This document shows, one piece after another, positions 17,211-26,352 of a DNA stretch of 64,000 nucleotides (its first letter is position 1; the number at the start of each line of letters is the position of its first letter). Source of the DNA: an uncultured Bacteroidales bacterium. Its GTDB lineage: Bacteria; Bacteroidota; Bacteroidia; Bacteroidales; UBA10428. The stretch covers positions 523 to 64,522 of the forward strand of contig CAZUBW010000004.1 of NCBI GenBank assembly GCA_964618645.1. The letters are read 5' to 3'. The notes beneath the pieces were generated by a model. That model saw nothing but the letters and a program-made list of their open reading frames with translations. It did no database searches and had not been told where the DNA came from. Both the position numbers and the translations under genes were made by a program.

Positions 17211-19505
17211 ATGATGAGAATATTAACTATTGTTATTGCGATATTTCTCTCTGTTGTTCCAATATTTTGTCAAATGCCAACAGATGGGGATTATTCCAAT
17301 TGGAGCTGGGAGGATTATTCTTTAGATAATTGGAAAAGAGCTGATCCACATGCACCAGATGGAACTGGATGGTCAAGAATAAATCCACCTTTCCACCCAG
17401 AAGGCAATCGGACTGGATTAATGGATGACATTTATACAAAAGGTGATTACAAAAATTCAGATGGATGGGAACTAATCTGGGCAAGATTTGGCCCTTCAGA
17501 AGTCACTTATCCTTATTTTATTCTCTGTAATAAATATAGAGGAGTAGTAAGGGCTTATATATATATCAAAAATATCCCATATACAAAGATCTCAGCGTCC
17601 TTAAGTTACCATAATGAGAGTAAACGCGCAGGAATACTTATATATGGAAGTACTCGTGCAAATGCAACTGATAAATATTGGAATTTATCGGCTTCAGATG
17701 ATGATATGATAACCACTATCATACCACAGGCAGGTACAGATTCATGGGGCGTTGCAGAATTTCCAATATTTTTTGATGCCTATATTAGAGGAAATGGCAC
17801 TGGTGAAGACAAATTCAAAGGATCTAGATGGGAATTCAATTTTTGGGCTATCAACAACTACAATATTAAACCAGCAGATTCAGATGTGATGGATCCCATA
17901 CAAAACGGTCAGCATTACATCGTTGGAAACAGTTCTAAATGGCCCCAAACAGAAGGAAGCAGTTTTGATGCAGTTAATGCTCAGCTAGTGAAAGATATTG
18001 GTGATTTTGCAACTCTTGCAAAGGCAATGACCTCATCAGCTAAAGACATAGATACAACTTCACCAAAATTTCTACAAGACTATAAGAGTGCAGCCAGCTC
18101 TCTTGAAAGTTTTGCAACATCAGTATCATCTAAAGTTGCCATTGTTGCAGCATTCGTTAAATTTTTTAAAGGATTTTTTGGTGATGAAGAGAAGAATTCT
18201 GCAACTCAGCCTAAAGCTACGACAGAACAAATTAGTTTGAAGGGCACTATGACTTTGGCCTTGCATTTGGGAGGTACAACTCTAAAAGTGCTAGGTGTTA
18301 ATCCCAATCCAAACGATCCACCCTTATTATGGCAACCCTTTGATTGTCCAATAGGCTATCTGAATTTGAAGAAGACCCCATTATTAAGCGTTAGTAAAGA
18401 TTATGTTAGATATCCTTATAATAGTAACTTCCCCAACTGGGATGGTACTCAAAGTGCCTATAATGGCACATTTAGAAAATATAAACTAGAAGAAGATATT
18501 GAAATAGTATTCAATAATCAGATACCTGGTGCTGTGCTTGAAGATATTAAATTTGCATTTGTTTTCAATCCAAATGGAAAAGGCCCGACCTCATTTAACA
18601 AGGGAAGTGAAAAAGGTACTTTATATCGCATACAAGACGAATATATTAGTTGGCACTGGATGGAAGACAATTTTGGTGAAGTTCAAATTATTGGCTTAAA
18701 AAATCCTGTATATGATGCTCTAAATAAAGGATATTTTATCGTCCATAGTTTTAACTCAAGTGATGCAACAAAAACTTATTACGGTACGCCCTTCATTAAT
18801 ATGAATATGTTAAAAAATATAACTTTTGAGCTTCCTTCATTCACCGATGTAAGTTTAGCAGTATTAGCAAAAATTAAACTAAATAATTATTCAGAACCAA
18901 TTATTATTAAGAAATATTATAAAGTAGATTTTCAATATCTTACCGTACCTGTTTATAGGGGAAAGGATTTTTTTATGAAAAATTTAACAGAACAACTATG
19001 TTGTTTCCCATTGTCAGAGTATTATCAATGCGAAATAAAGAAAACACTTAGTACCCCTTCAACTTCATCTTATACAGCTAGTGAGATCTTATTGGTTCCT
19101 AATTTTATTGGTAATCCAAATTTTTTAGCTATTGGAGGTCAACCATATCCTACATTAGGAAACACAATAATTAGTTATCCTCCTGTTGTTTTCGATTGTT
19201 ATTCAGTATTAAAATCTACAAAAAATAGTTTAATTTCTGATACTTCAGCTTGTTCTTTATTGCAATCTGAAATTATTGTTAATCTTTCACCAAATCCAAC
19301 TAGTGGGTATTTTGAAATTTCAAGTAATGAAGAAATATGTTCTATTGAAATTATCAATTCAATTGGAAACGTTATTAGGCACGACGCAAATATTTATTCC
19401 AAGAAATTATCATTAGATGTTTCTGATTTAAAGAATGGTATATATTTCTTAAGAATAAAGTTAAATTCTGAACAAGTTGTGAAAAAACTAATCAAAACAT
19501 ATTAA
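17211..19505 (+). CDS. T9SS-secreted protein of unknown function (C-terminal type-A sorting domain)
   Basis: Signal peptide MMRILTIVIAIFLSVVPIFCQ. The last ~75 aa (LSPNPTSGYFEIS...IEIINSIGNVI...LDVSDLKNGIYFLRIKL...VKKLIKTY) fit the Por/T9SS CTD pattern. I do not recognise the preceding ~670 aa. Confidence 0.75.
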   Translation: MMRILTIVIAIFLSVVPIFCQMPTDGDYSNWSWEDYSLDNWKRADPHAPDGTGWSRINPPFHPEGNRTGLMDDIYTKGDYKNSDGWELIWARFGPSEVTYPYFILCNKYRGVVRAYIYIKNIPYTKISASLSYHNESKRAGILIYGSTRANATDKYWNLSASDDDMITTIIPQAGTDSWGVAEFPIFFDAYIRGNGTGEDKFKGSRWEFNFWAINNYNIKPADSDVMDPIQNGQHYIVGNSSKWPQTEGSSFDAVNAQLVKDIGDFATLAKAMTSSAKDIDTTSPKFLQDYKSAASSLESFATSVSSKVAIVAAFVKFFKGFFGDEEKNSATQPKATTEQISLKGTMTLALHLGGTTLKVLGVNPNPNDPPLLWQPFDCPIGYLNLKKTPLLSVSKDYVRYPYNSNFPNWDGTQSAYNGTFRKYKLEEDIEIVFNNQIPGAVLEDIKFAFVFNPNGKGPTSFNKGSEKGTLYRIQDEYISWHWMEDNFGEVQIIGLKNPVYDALNKGYFIVHSFNSSDATKTYYGTPFINMNMLKNITFELPSFTDVSLAVLAKIKLNNYSEPIIIKKYYKVDFQYLTVPVYRGKDFFMKNLTEQLCCFPLSEYYQCEIKKTLSTPSTSSYTASEILLVPNFIGNPNFLAIGGQPYPTLGNTIISYPPVVFDCYSVLKSTKNSLISDTSACSLLQSEIIVNLSPNPTSGYFEISSNEEICSIEIINSIGNVIRHDANIYSKKLSLDVSDLKNGIYFLRIKLNSEQVVKKLIKTY

Positions 19506-19515
19506 CTTAACATAA

Positions 19516-19556
19516 GCCATCATTCATTTGCTATTAATGAATGATGGCCTCTTTTA
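19516..19556 (+). terminator. rho-independent terminator after the T9SS cargo gene
   Basis: Perfect 13-bp stem GCCATCATTCATT / AATGAATGATGGC with a 7-nt loop, followed by CTCTTTT. Confidence 0.8.
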
Positions 19557-19766
19557 AAACCATAATTATGAAGAGAACTTATTTGCTTGTAACCTTTGGA
19601 CTGTTGGAAAACAATAAATAGTAATTTCACCTATGGATCGTTAAGCGAAGAAAATGCACATCACTTAATAATAATTTAAAGGAATAAAACTATATCTTAA
19701 TCAATTGATAAAGATTAGATATTGCCGTAAGGATAAAACGTTCTTAATATACCTTTTTCCACATAT

Positions 19767-21239
19767 CTAAATCTCAAAATCAGCCCCGTCTTTGGTGTCT
19801 TTTACGGTAATGCCCAGTGATGTCAGCTGGTTGCGAATGCTGTCGGAGGCGGCATAATCCTTCCTGGCTTTGGCTTCCTGGCGTTGCTGCAACAAAATGC
19901 GGATGACATTCCCCAGTAATTCACGTTCGCCTGATTGTGGGGTTTCTTCGGGAACCAGCCCCAGTAAATCGCAGGTGAAGGTTTGCATGAAATCCTTAAG
20001 CAATTCCAGGTCCTGCGCATTGATGCCGGCCTTTCCGTCCTTCACCGAATTGATCATCCGCACCCCTTCGAACAACTGGCCCAGTAAAACCGGGCAGTTC
20101 AAATCGTCGTTCATGGCCGCGTAGGCATTATCGCGCAAGGTTATGACATCAACCGTTGAACTGGCCGAAGCCTTAAGCTTCGGTAGCAGCGCAATCCCTT
20201 TCATCAACCGCGAAAACCCCTGTTCTGCAGCTTTCAGCGCTTCATTCGAAAAATCGAGCGTACTGGAATAATGGGCCTGTAATATGTAAAAGCGTATGGT
20301 CATGGGCGAAAATGCCTTTTCCAGTAAAGGATTTGAACCGGCGAACAATTCTTCCAGGGTAATAAAATTGTTCTTGGAACGTGCCATTTTCTGCCCGTTG
20401 ATGGTGATCATGTTGTTGTGTATCCAGTAACGTACAAAAGATTTTCCGGTGGTTACCGTCGACTGGGCAATTTCACATTCGTGATGCGGAAAAATCAGGT
20501 CCATGCCCCCGCCATGAATATCAAACTGGTCGCCCAGGTACTTCATGCCCATGACAGAACACTCGAGATGCCACCCCGGAAAACCCTCGCTCCATTCCGA
20601 TGGCCAATGCATGAGGTGTGTAGGTTCAGCTTTCTTCCATAAGGCAAAATCCAGTGGAAAGCGCTTTTCATCCTGTCCCTCCAACGCCCGGGTATTGCTA
20701 AGCATATCATCGATATTACGCCCCGAAAGCTTTCCGTAACCATAAGTTTCATGGTATTTTTGCAGGTCAAAGTATACCGAGCCGTTTACCTCATAAGCAA
20801 AACCCTTGTCGAGTATGCCTTTCACCATTTGCTGCTGCTCAATAATATGACCCGAAGCATGGGGTTCAATGCTGGGCGGTACAGTACCCAGCTTGTCCAT
20901 GTAAAAATGATAGCGGTTAATATAATGCTGCACCACTTCCATGGGCTCGAGCCGTTCCAAACGGGCTCTTTTTTGAATCTTATCCTCTCCCGTACCGGCT
21001 GCTTCGTCCTCCAGGTGCCCTACATCGGTAATATTGCGTACATACCTCACTTTGTACCCCAGGTGTTTCAGGTAACGGAATAACACATCAAAAGTGATGG
21101 CCGGCCGTGCATGACCTAAATGGGGATCGCTGTATACCGTGGGACCGCAAACATACAAACCTACGTTGGGCGGGTTTAGGGGTTCAAATTTTTCTTTGCT
21201 GCGTGTAAGGGTATTGTTTAAATAAAGTTCCTGTGACAT
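19767..21239 (-). CDS. cysS: cysteine--tRNA ligase
   Basis: HIGH-type motif [13 protein letters not shown]-type motif KMARSKNN, and HLECSVM / HHECE zinc and active-site region. Confidence 0.95.
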   Translation of the reverse strand: MSQELYLNNTLTRSKEKFEPLNPPNVGLYVCGPTVYSDPHLGHARPAITFDVLFRYLKHLGYKVRYVRNITDVGHLEDEAAGTGEDKIQKRARLERLEPMEVVQHYINRYHFYMDKLGTVPPSIEPHASGHIIEQQQMVKGILDKGFAYEVNGSVYFDLQKYHETYGYGKLSGRNIDDMLSNTRALEGQDEKRFPLDFALWKKAEPTHLMHWPSEWSEGFPGWHLECSVMGMKYLGDQFDIHGGGMDLIFPHHECEIAQSTVTTGKSFVRYWIHNNMITINGQKMARSKNNFITLEELFAGSNPLLEKAFSPMTIRFYILQAHYSSTLDFSNEALKAAEQGFSRLMKGIALLPKLKASASSTVDVITLRDNAYAAMNDDLNCPVLLGQLFEGVRMINSVKDGKAGINAQDLELLKDFMQTFTCDLLGLVPEETPQSGERELLGNVIRILLQQRQEAKARKDYAASDSIRNQLTSLGITVKDTKDGADFEI

Positions 21240-21439
21240 AATGCATTAAATGATTCATAAACAAGCCATAAAGGTAATCATTTACAACAGAGATACAATA
21301 CCTGTTGTGTACTGAAAATAATCCATTCCCCTGTTCCGCAGGACATTTTTTAATCAGCTTCTTTGAAACGCTCATCATATGTAGCCCGCCACTCGTCATA
21401 ATTCTGTAACCCTTGGCATTCCAAATGAATTCGAATGCC

Positions 21440-21447
21440 TACCTTTG
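21440..21447 (+). promoter_or_regulatory. -7 box TACCTTTG upstream of the 21476 CDS
   Basis: TAnnTTTG match 28 nt before the ATG. Confidence 0.6.
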
Positions 21448-21475
21448 TTGCATGAAAACCTAAATATTTTCTCAA

Positions 21476-22486
21476 ATGGACCAGACAGATAAAAGCAAAA
21501 AGAAAAACCGTTATCTTCCTTTAATCTGGCTGTTCGGTCTCGGTCTTGCCGGTGGATTAGTCACCCTGGGCTTATTATTGGCAAAAAAGAACCAACAGCT
21601 TACGGCTATGGAACAGGAATTAACGCAGGTAACTTCATCGTTGGAAAACGATAAGCTCACCCTGCGCGAAGCGCTTGAAAAAACAAACAACAACTACAGC
21701 CTGCTGCAATCGGAAAATGAAAAACTCGGTGCAGGCATGAACGATTTGAAAACCAGGAACCGCACGCTGTACAACAAAATTCAGGGCCTGACCGCAAATG
21801 AAAAAAAGTGCCAGGACGATTACGCCTCCCTGATGAGTACCGTGAATACCCTTCGTGACGAAAACAGCGGACTGAAATCCGATTTGGCCAGGGAACAGCT
21901 CGCCAGTGAACAACTTAAGCGGCAACTGGCTGAAAATGACTCCCTGCTGGCTTACAACGACGAAGTGATTACCCGTCAACAGCACAAGTTGCTGGATGAT
22001 TCACTCACGTACAAAGCCACCATCGATACCATGATCTTAGAGAACACCTCGAGGTTCATTAACATCACTGAATTAAACAGTGCTTACGGCTTGCAGGTCC
22101 GCAGTGTTCCTTATGCGCATTACTTCTACGGCTTAACCAATGTGAGCGGCTTATATGTAAACAAACACTTCATCAGTGGCATCGGGCTGGGTATTCTCAA
22201 ATACGACGAGGGTCTTACGGTTCCGTTGTACCTCGATTTCAGGTACCATTTTACCAAAAGGAATTTTACCCCGTATCTTTATGCCGATGGCGGTTTGGTA
22301 TTTCAGCTCGACGATATGGATGAACCTATGTTATTCATAAACCCGGGCGTTGGCGTATACAAAACCATCAGTGATAAATTTGCGCTAAACTTCGGCGCCG
22401 GACTTTTCATTCAGCGCGATGTAATGGCCAAAGCTTCGTTTGTGAATTTTAAACTGGGCCTGATATACATTAAGGGAGGACAGTAA
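21476..22486 (+). CDS. membrane-anchored coiled-coil protein with a beta-strand-rich (OM barrel-like) C-terminal domain
   Basis: N-terminal TM LPLIWLFGLGLAGGLVTLGLLLA. About 150 aa of heptad-like Q/E/L-rich sequence. The C-terminal ~150 aa show an alternating hydrophobic pattern (GIGLGILKY..VPLYLDFRYHF..YLYADGGLVFQL..FALNFGAGLFIQ..FKLGLIYI). Confidence 0.55.
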   Translation: MDQTDKSKKKNRYLPLIWLFGLGLAGGLVTLGLLLAKKNQQLTAMEQELTQVTSSLENDKLTLREALEKTNNNYSLLQSENEKLGAGMNDLKTRNRTLYNKIQGLTANEKKCQDDYASLMSTVNTLRDENSGLKSDLAREQLASEQLKRQLAENDSLLAYNDEVITRQQHKLLDDSLTYKATIDTMILENTSRFINITELNSAYGLQVRSVPYAHYFYGLTNVSGLYVNKHFISGIGLGILKYDEGLTVPLYLDFRYHFTKRNFTPYLYADGGLVFQLDDMDEPMLFINPGVGVYKTISDKFALNFGAGLFIQRDVMAKASFVNFKLGLIYIKGGQ

Positions 22487-22510
22487 GAACTGCCAGAGGT
22501 TGTTTATTAA

Positions 22511-22727
22511 GAGGCTGTGTAAAAAGTTTTCCCGCGCCATTGCGAGAGGCCACCCCTAAAAACGTGGCATAATGCAAAAATGAAAACAATATGTCATTGG
22601 TAGGGAGGTACGACCGAAGCAACCGGAGCGAAGCGGAGCTCAACGAAGTTAATCTGCTTATTTGCAATAGATTGCTTCACTACGTTCGCAATGACGGCGT
22701 CGATTATCGGACTTTTTAGACAGGCTC
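22511..22727 (-). repeat. palindromic intergenic repeat, copy A (long variant, inverted relative to B-D, with an extra ~60-bp internal segment)
   Basis: The right end reads GATTGCTTCACTACGTTCGCAATGACGGCGTCGATTATCGGACTTTTTAGACAGGCTC. This is the reverse complement of the left arm of copies B-D. The internal GTCATTGGTAGGGAGGTACGACCGAAGCAACCGGAGCGAAGCGGAGCTCAACGAAGTTAATC matches, in reverse complement, the long insert of copy C. Confidence 0.85.
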
Positions 22728-22759
22728 AGCATTTAGAGCAGACATTCAGTACAATGCGC

Positions 22760-22790
22760 TAGGCGTAGTTTTAAACTACGCCTATCTTTT
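22760..22790 (+). terminator. hairpin plus T-run, terminator-like
   Basis: 10-bp stem TAGGCGTAGT / ACTACGCCTA, 5-nt loop, then TCTTTT. Lies between repeat copy A and the 3' end of the convergent OMP gene. Confidence 0.55.
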
Positions 22791-22837
22791 AGACAATCAC
22801 CTTATCCCCGAATTATCTTTTTACTTCACAACGAGGC

Positions 22838-23512
22838 TCAAAAACTCAATCCTACCGTGAAATTTACACCCGGCACCGGGGTTTTGTCTTTGTTGTCATT
22901 CGCGTTACCCAGGTATTCGTCGGTAAGTTCTTTTTCATCGGGATCCCAGTAACGCAGTTTTGCAAAGCCCGGATTGAATTCAATCCCCAGCATAAGGATA
23001 CTATACCTTACATTTAGCCCAACAGAATACCTGATGCCCATGAAACCCAGGTAGACTTCATCGTCAAAAAGCTCACTGTTATAGTACATCAGGCCACCGG
23101 CCACCCATACCGGATTTATTTTGGCATAGGCGTCAAAAACCAGTCGTTGCACGGGACAAAAAGAAAACGAAGGGCCAACCTTTGAACCGAGATAGATAAA
23201 ATTCTCACTTGCATCTTCTTCCTGAAGGCCAAATCGGTGATAGTTCACTGACAGATAATCGACATTGATACCTATGCGCATACCAGGCGCCAGCTTTATG
23301 CTGTTTAGCATGAAAATACTGCCTGCCTCAAAAATGCCGCCAATTCGTTTAGCATCATCGTTCCAGTCGTCTTTACCGTCCAGTCCAAAATATTTCCACG
23401 AAGGAATCGAAAATCCCAACCGGAAATAAGTTTGCTTTTTAAGATCGCCGCCCTGCGGAAAAGCTACGATTCCCGCAGCCAGCAACATCATCATCAAAGT
23501 TAATTTTTTCAT
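22838..23512 (-). CDS. putative outer-membrane beta-barrel protein
   Basis: An ATG at 23512 gives the signal peptide MKKLTLMMMLLAAGIVAFPQ. Alternating-hydrophobic strands throughout, with a C-terminal ...NFTVGLSF (terminal Phe). Confidence 0.55.
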   Translation of the reverse strand: MKKLTLMMMLLAAGIVAFPQGGDLKKQTYFRLGFSIPSWKYFGLDGKDDWNDDAKRIGGIFEAGSIFMLNSIKLAPGMRIGINVDYLSVNYHRFGLQEEDASENFIYLGSKVGPSFSFCPVQRLVFDAYAKINPVWVAGGLMYYNSELFDDEVYLGFMGIRYSVGLNVRYSILMLGIEFNPGFAKLRYWDPDEKELTDEYLGNANDNKDKTPVPGVNFTVGLSF

Positions 23513-23937
23513 ATCAGCCCAGGTGTTTGGTTTATAGTATAAAAACATTTTTACGTGTCAAAATAGGTTCGGTCTTCATGAACCGGAAACAAAACCGGAT
23601 TTGTTACTATACGTCATTGCGCCCGACAGGTTTAATCCTAAGGCATCTTTTACACAGGAAACCCGCTTATTTAAAATTTATCTAAATAAAATAAAATCCT
23701 GGTCAATGCCTTTATATTGTGCCGGTTAGATCATTTTTCTACCGGAGCGTATGAATTGTTTAAAATTATTATTCACCTGAAGCGCAAAAGGTTTTGGCAT
23801 ATTTGGACAATATTTTTAATATTGCCTGCCTTATGGGACCTGATCGGATTGGTAACTGAAATACACTTTTATACTATATGAAATCTAAAGCTGTTAACCA
23901 GGTGGCTGGTGTTCAACAAAGCACCTCCGGAAATTTT

Positions 23938-26094
23938 ATGAAGATGCTGACTGCATATGTTCTTCTTGCTTTGCTGATGATTACCTGCCGGCCTGAGCAG
24001 GCGAATCAGTTTGTCGACATCACTTCACCCGCCGGTGAAAAGAAAATCGACAGCCTGTTAGCGCTGATGACCCTGGAGGAAAAAGTCAATATGCTTTGTG
24101 GAAACGGACTTTTTACTTCGCCTGGTGTAGAAAGGCTTGGCATCGGCGATTTGCAGTATACCGACGGGCCCTTTGGCATCCGCGAGGAACTGGGCAAAAA
24201 ATCGTGGGCGCCCCTGGGGCTGACCACTGACTCTGCCACTTTTTTCCCCACAGGTTCAGCCCTGGCTGCTACATGGAGCGAAGAGCTTGCCTGGCAGTAT
24301 GGAAATGCCATGGGTGAGGAAGCAAAAACACGGGGCAAAGATATTTTACTGGGGCCTGCCATAAACATTACCCGTACCCCCATTAACGGTCGCACCTACG
24401 AATATATGAGCGAAGATCCCCTGCTTAATTCACGGCTTGCCGTGGGTTATGTTAAAGGTGTTCAGCACGCCGGGGTGGTTTCATGCATAAAACACTATGC
24501 CGCCAACAACCAGGAGACTTTTCGCGGATCGGTTGACGTACGCATGGACGAGCGTACGTTGCGGGAGATTTACCTCCCGGCCTTCAAAGCGGCAGTAACT
24601 GAAGGAGGCGCATACGCTGTGATGGCTGCCTATAATAAATTCAGGGGCGATTACTGTGCCGAAAACGATTACCTGCTCAACCAGGTATTGAAAACCGAAT
24701 GGCAGTTCAAAGGCATGGTAATGTCCGACTGGGGCGGTACCCACAGCACGGTTAAATCGGCGCTCAACGGACTTGAAGTGGAAATGGGAAGTGCCAGGTT
24801 TTTCACCCAGACCATGGTTGATTCTGTCAAAAACGGCCTGATCCCCGAAGCAGTGATAGACGACAAAATCAGGCGAATTCTCAGGGCTTATTTCTTCAGC
24901 AAACGTACGCCCTTTCCTCCCGTGGACAGCGAGGTTTCCACGCCCGCGCACAACCAGACCGCTTACGATGTGGCAGCACAAAGCATCGTATTGCTGAAAA
25001 ATATCAAAAAAACCCTGCCATTAAATACCCAAAACTATAAACACATAGTGGTAATAGGTGAAAACGCTGTGCAGACCCATGCACAGGGAGGCTTTGGGGC
25101 TGGTGTAAAAACCCGTTACGAAGTCACTCCCCTCGAAGGCCTTAAAAACCGGCTGGGCAGTGATATCAACATTGAATATGTTCCGGGGTACAAAGCCAGC
25201 TATATTATGGGTAAGCCTTTCGGAAAATTTCCGGCTTACGAAACCGACCGTAAATTGCTGGATGAGGCTGTAAAAGCTGCTTCTGAAGCTGAAGCCACAC
25301 TGTTATTCGTGGGCAACAACCGTGAAGTGGAAACCGAAAATGCCGACCGGATAAGCTTACAACTGCCATTCGGGCAAGATGAACTGGTTAAAGCCGTTTG
25401 CAAAGCCAACCCCCATACCATTGTCGTGATAGTGGCCGGAGCCCCTGTTAACATGCATGTTATCGACTCCTGTGCTTCCACTGTTTTGTGGTCGTGGTTC
25501 AATGGTTCGCAGGGTGGAAATGCCCTGGCCGATGTTATCCTTGGCAAGGTTAATCCATCGGGTAAACTTCCCTTTACCATTCCGGTAAAACTTTCTGATT
25601 CACCGGCCCATGCACTGGGAACTTTTCCCGGAAAAGACAGCGCTTCCTATTCCGAAGGCATCCTGGTTGGCTACCGCTGGTACGATACCAAACAAATCAG
25701 CCCCAAGTATCCGTTCGGATATGGTTTGTCCTATACCGATTTTGCCTATAGCAACCTGCAAACCGATAAAGAAAGCTACCGGCACAGCGATGTGATCAGC
25801 CTTTCGCTAACCGTTAAAAACACCGGGAATACCGATGGCTACGAAACTGTTCAGCTTTATGCAAGTGAAACCGCATCGAAGGTGATGAAGCCCGTTCGTG
25901 AGTTAAAAGCCTTCAAAAAAGTCATGATCCCCACTGGTGAAGCGGTAACGGTTAACCTGGAACTACCGGTTTCGGACCTGGCATGGTTCAACGAACAAAC
26001 CATGACATGGGAGGTTAATCCCGGCAAGTATCTGCTGGCAGCAGGATCATCGTCGGGAGATATCCGGAAAGTTGTTGAAGTTGCTGTTAAATAA
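23938..26094 (+). CDS. bglX: glycoside hydrolase family 3 beta-glucosidase
   Basis: GH3 signatures: NITRTPINGRTYEYMSEDP, KHYAANNQE, and the nucleophile region GMVMSDWGG. C-terminal FnIII-like domain. The start at 23938 (MKMLTAYVLLALLMITC) is preferred; the tracked ORF begins at 23878. Confidence 0.9.
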   Translation: MKMLTAYVLLALLMITCRPEQANQFVDITSPAGEKKIDSLLALMTLEEKVNMLCGNGLFTSPGVERLGIGDLQYTDGPFGIREELGKKSWAPLGLTTDSATFFPTGSALAATWSEELAWQYGNAMGEEAKTRGKDILLGPAINITRTPINGRTYEYMSEDPLLNSRLAVGYVKGVQHAGVVSCIKHYAANNQETFRGSVDVRMDERTLREIYLPAFKAAVTEGGAYAVMAAYNKFRGDYCAENDYLLNQVLKTEWQFKGMVMSDWGGTHSTVKSALNGLEVEMGSARFFTQTMVDSVKNGLIPEAVIDDKIRRILRAYFFSKRTPFPPVDSEVSTPAHNQTAYDVAAQSIVLLKNIKKTLPLNTQNYKHIVVIGENAVQTHAQGGFGAGVKTRYEVTPLEGLKNRLGSDINIEYVPGYKASYIMGKPFGKFPAYETDRKLLDEAVKAASEAEATLLFVGNNREVETENADRISLQLPFGQDELVKAVCKANPHTIVVIVAGAPVNMHVIDSCASTVLWSWFNGSQGGNALADVILGKVNPSGKLPFTIPVKLSDSPAHALGTFPGKDSASYSEGILVGYRWYDTKQISPKYPFGYGLSYTDFAYSNLQTDKESYRHSDVISLSLTVKNTGNTDGYETVQLYASETASKVMKPVRELKAFKKVMIPTGEAVTVNLELPVSDLAWFNEQTMTWEVNPGKYLLAAGSSSGDIRKVVEVAVK

Positions 26095-26098
26095 TGTA

Positions 26099-26341
26099 TT
26101 AAACAGCAACCAGCTCTTTCATTTCCGGGAATTTTTTACGAATAGCCTGCTCGATACCGGACCGCAGGGTCATCACACTAAACGGACAGCCGTCGCAGGC
26201 GCCTGTAAGTCTTACCTTTACAGTATTGTCATCGGTAAGTTCCACCAGTTCAACATCTCCTCCGTCTGCATGCAGGTAAGGTCGCACCAGGTTGATGGCT
26301 TCATTTATTTTAGCCAGATTTACTTCGTGGTTTTCGCTCAT
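26099..26341 (-). CDS. NifU C-terminal-domain (Nfu-type) Fe-S cluster protein
   Basis: 80 aa with RPYLHADGGDVELVEL...LTGACDGCP. Confidence 0.85.
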   Translation of the reverse strand: MSENHEVNLAKINEAINLVRPYLHADGGDVELVELTDDNTVKVRLTGACDGCPFSVMTLRSGIEQAIRKKFPEMKELVAV

Positions 26342-26352
26342 AACGTAAAAAA

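Noticed and set aside
18760-18810. A MACPF-like signature in the T9SS cargo (YYGTPFINMNML compared with the (Y/W)G(T/S)H(F/Y)x6GG motif).
   Set aside because: His is replaced by Pro and the downstream GG is absent. One partial motif is not evidence for a MACPF fold.
19568-19621. A 17-codon ORF (MKRTYLLVTFGLLENNK) downstream of the T9SS cargo terminator, which looks like a truncated signal peptide.
   Set aside because: It is too short and has no following coding sequence in any frame. It could be a gene remnant, but that cannot be supported.
22470-22667. Short ORFs (22470-22667 on the minus strand; 35181-35432 on the minus strand) that run through copies of the palindromic repeat.
   Set aside because: Their open frames are created by the repeat sequence itself and are not conserved between copies. 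They are treated as non-coding.
24481-24981. A 166-aa minus-strand ORF inside the GH3 gene.
   Set aside because: It is a shadow ORF opposite the conserved GH3 catalytic region.
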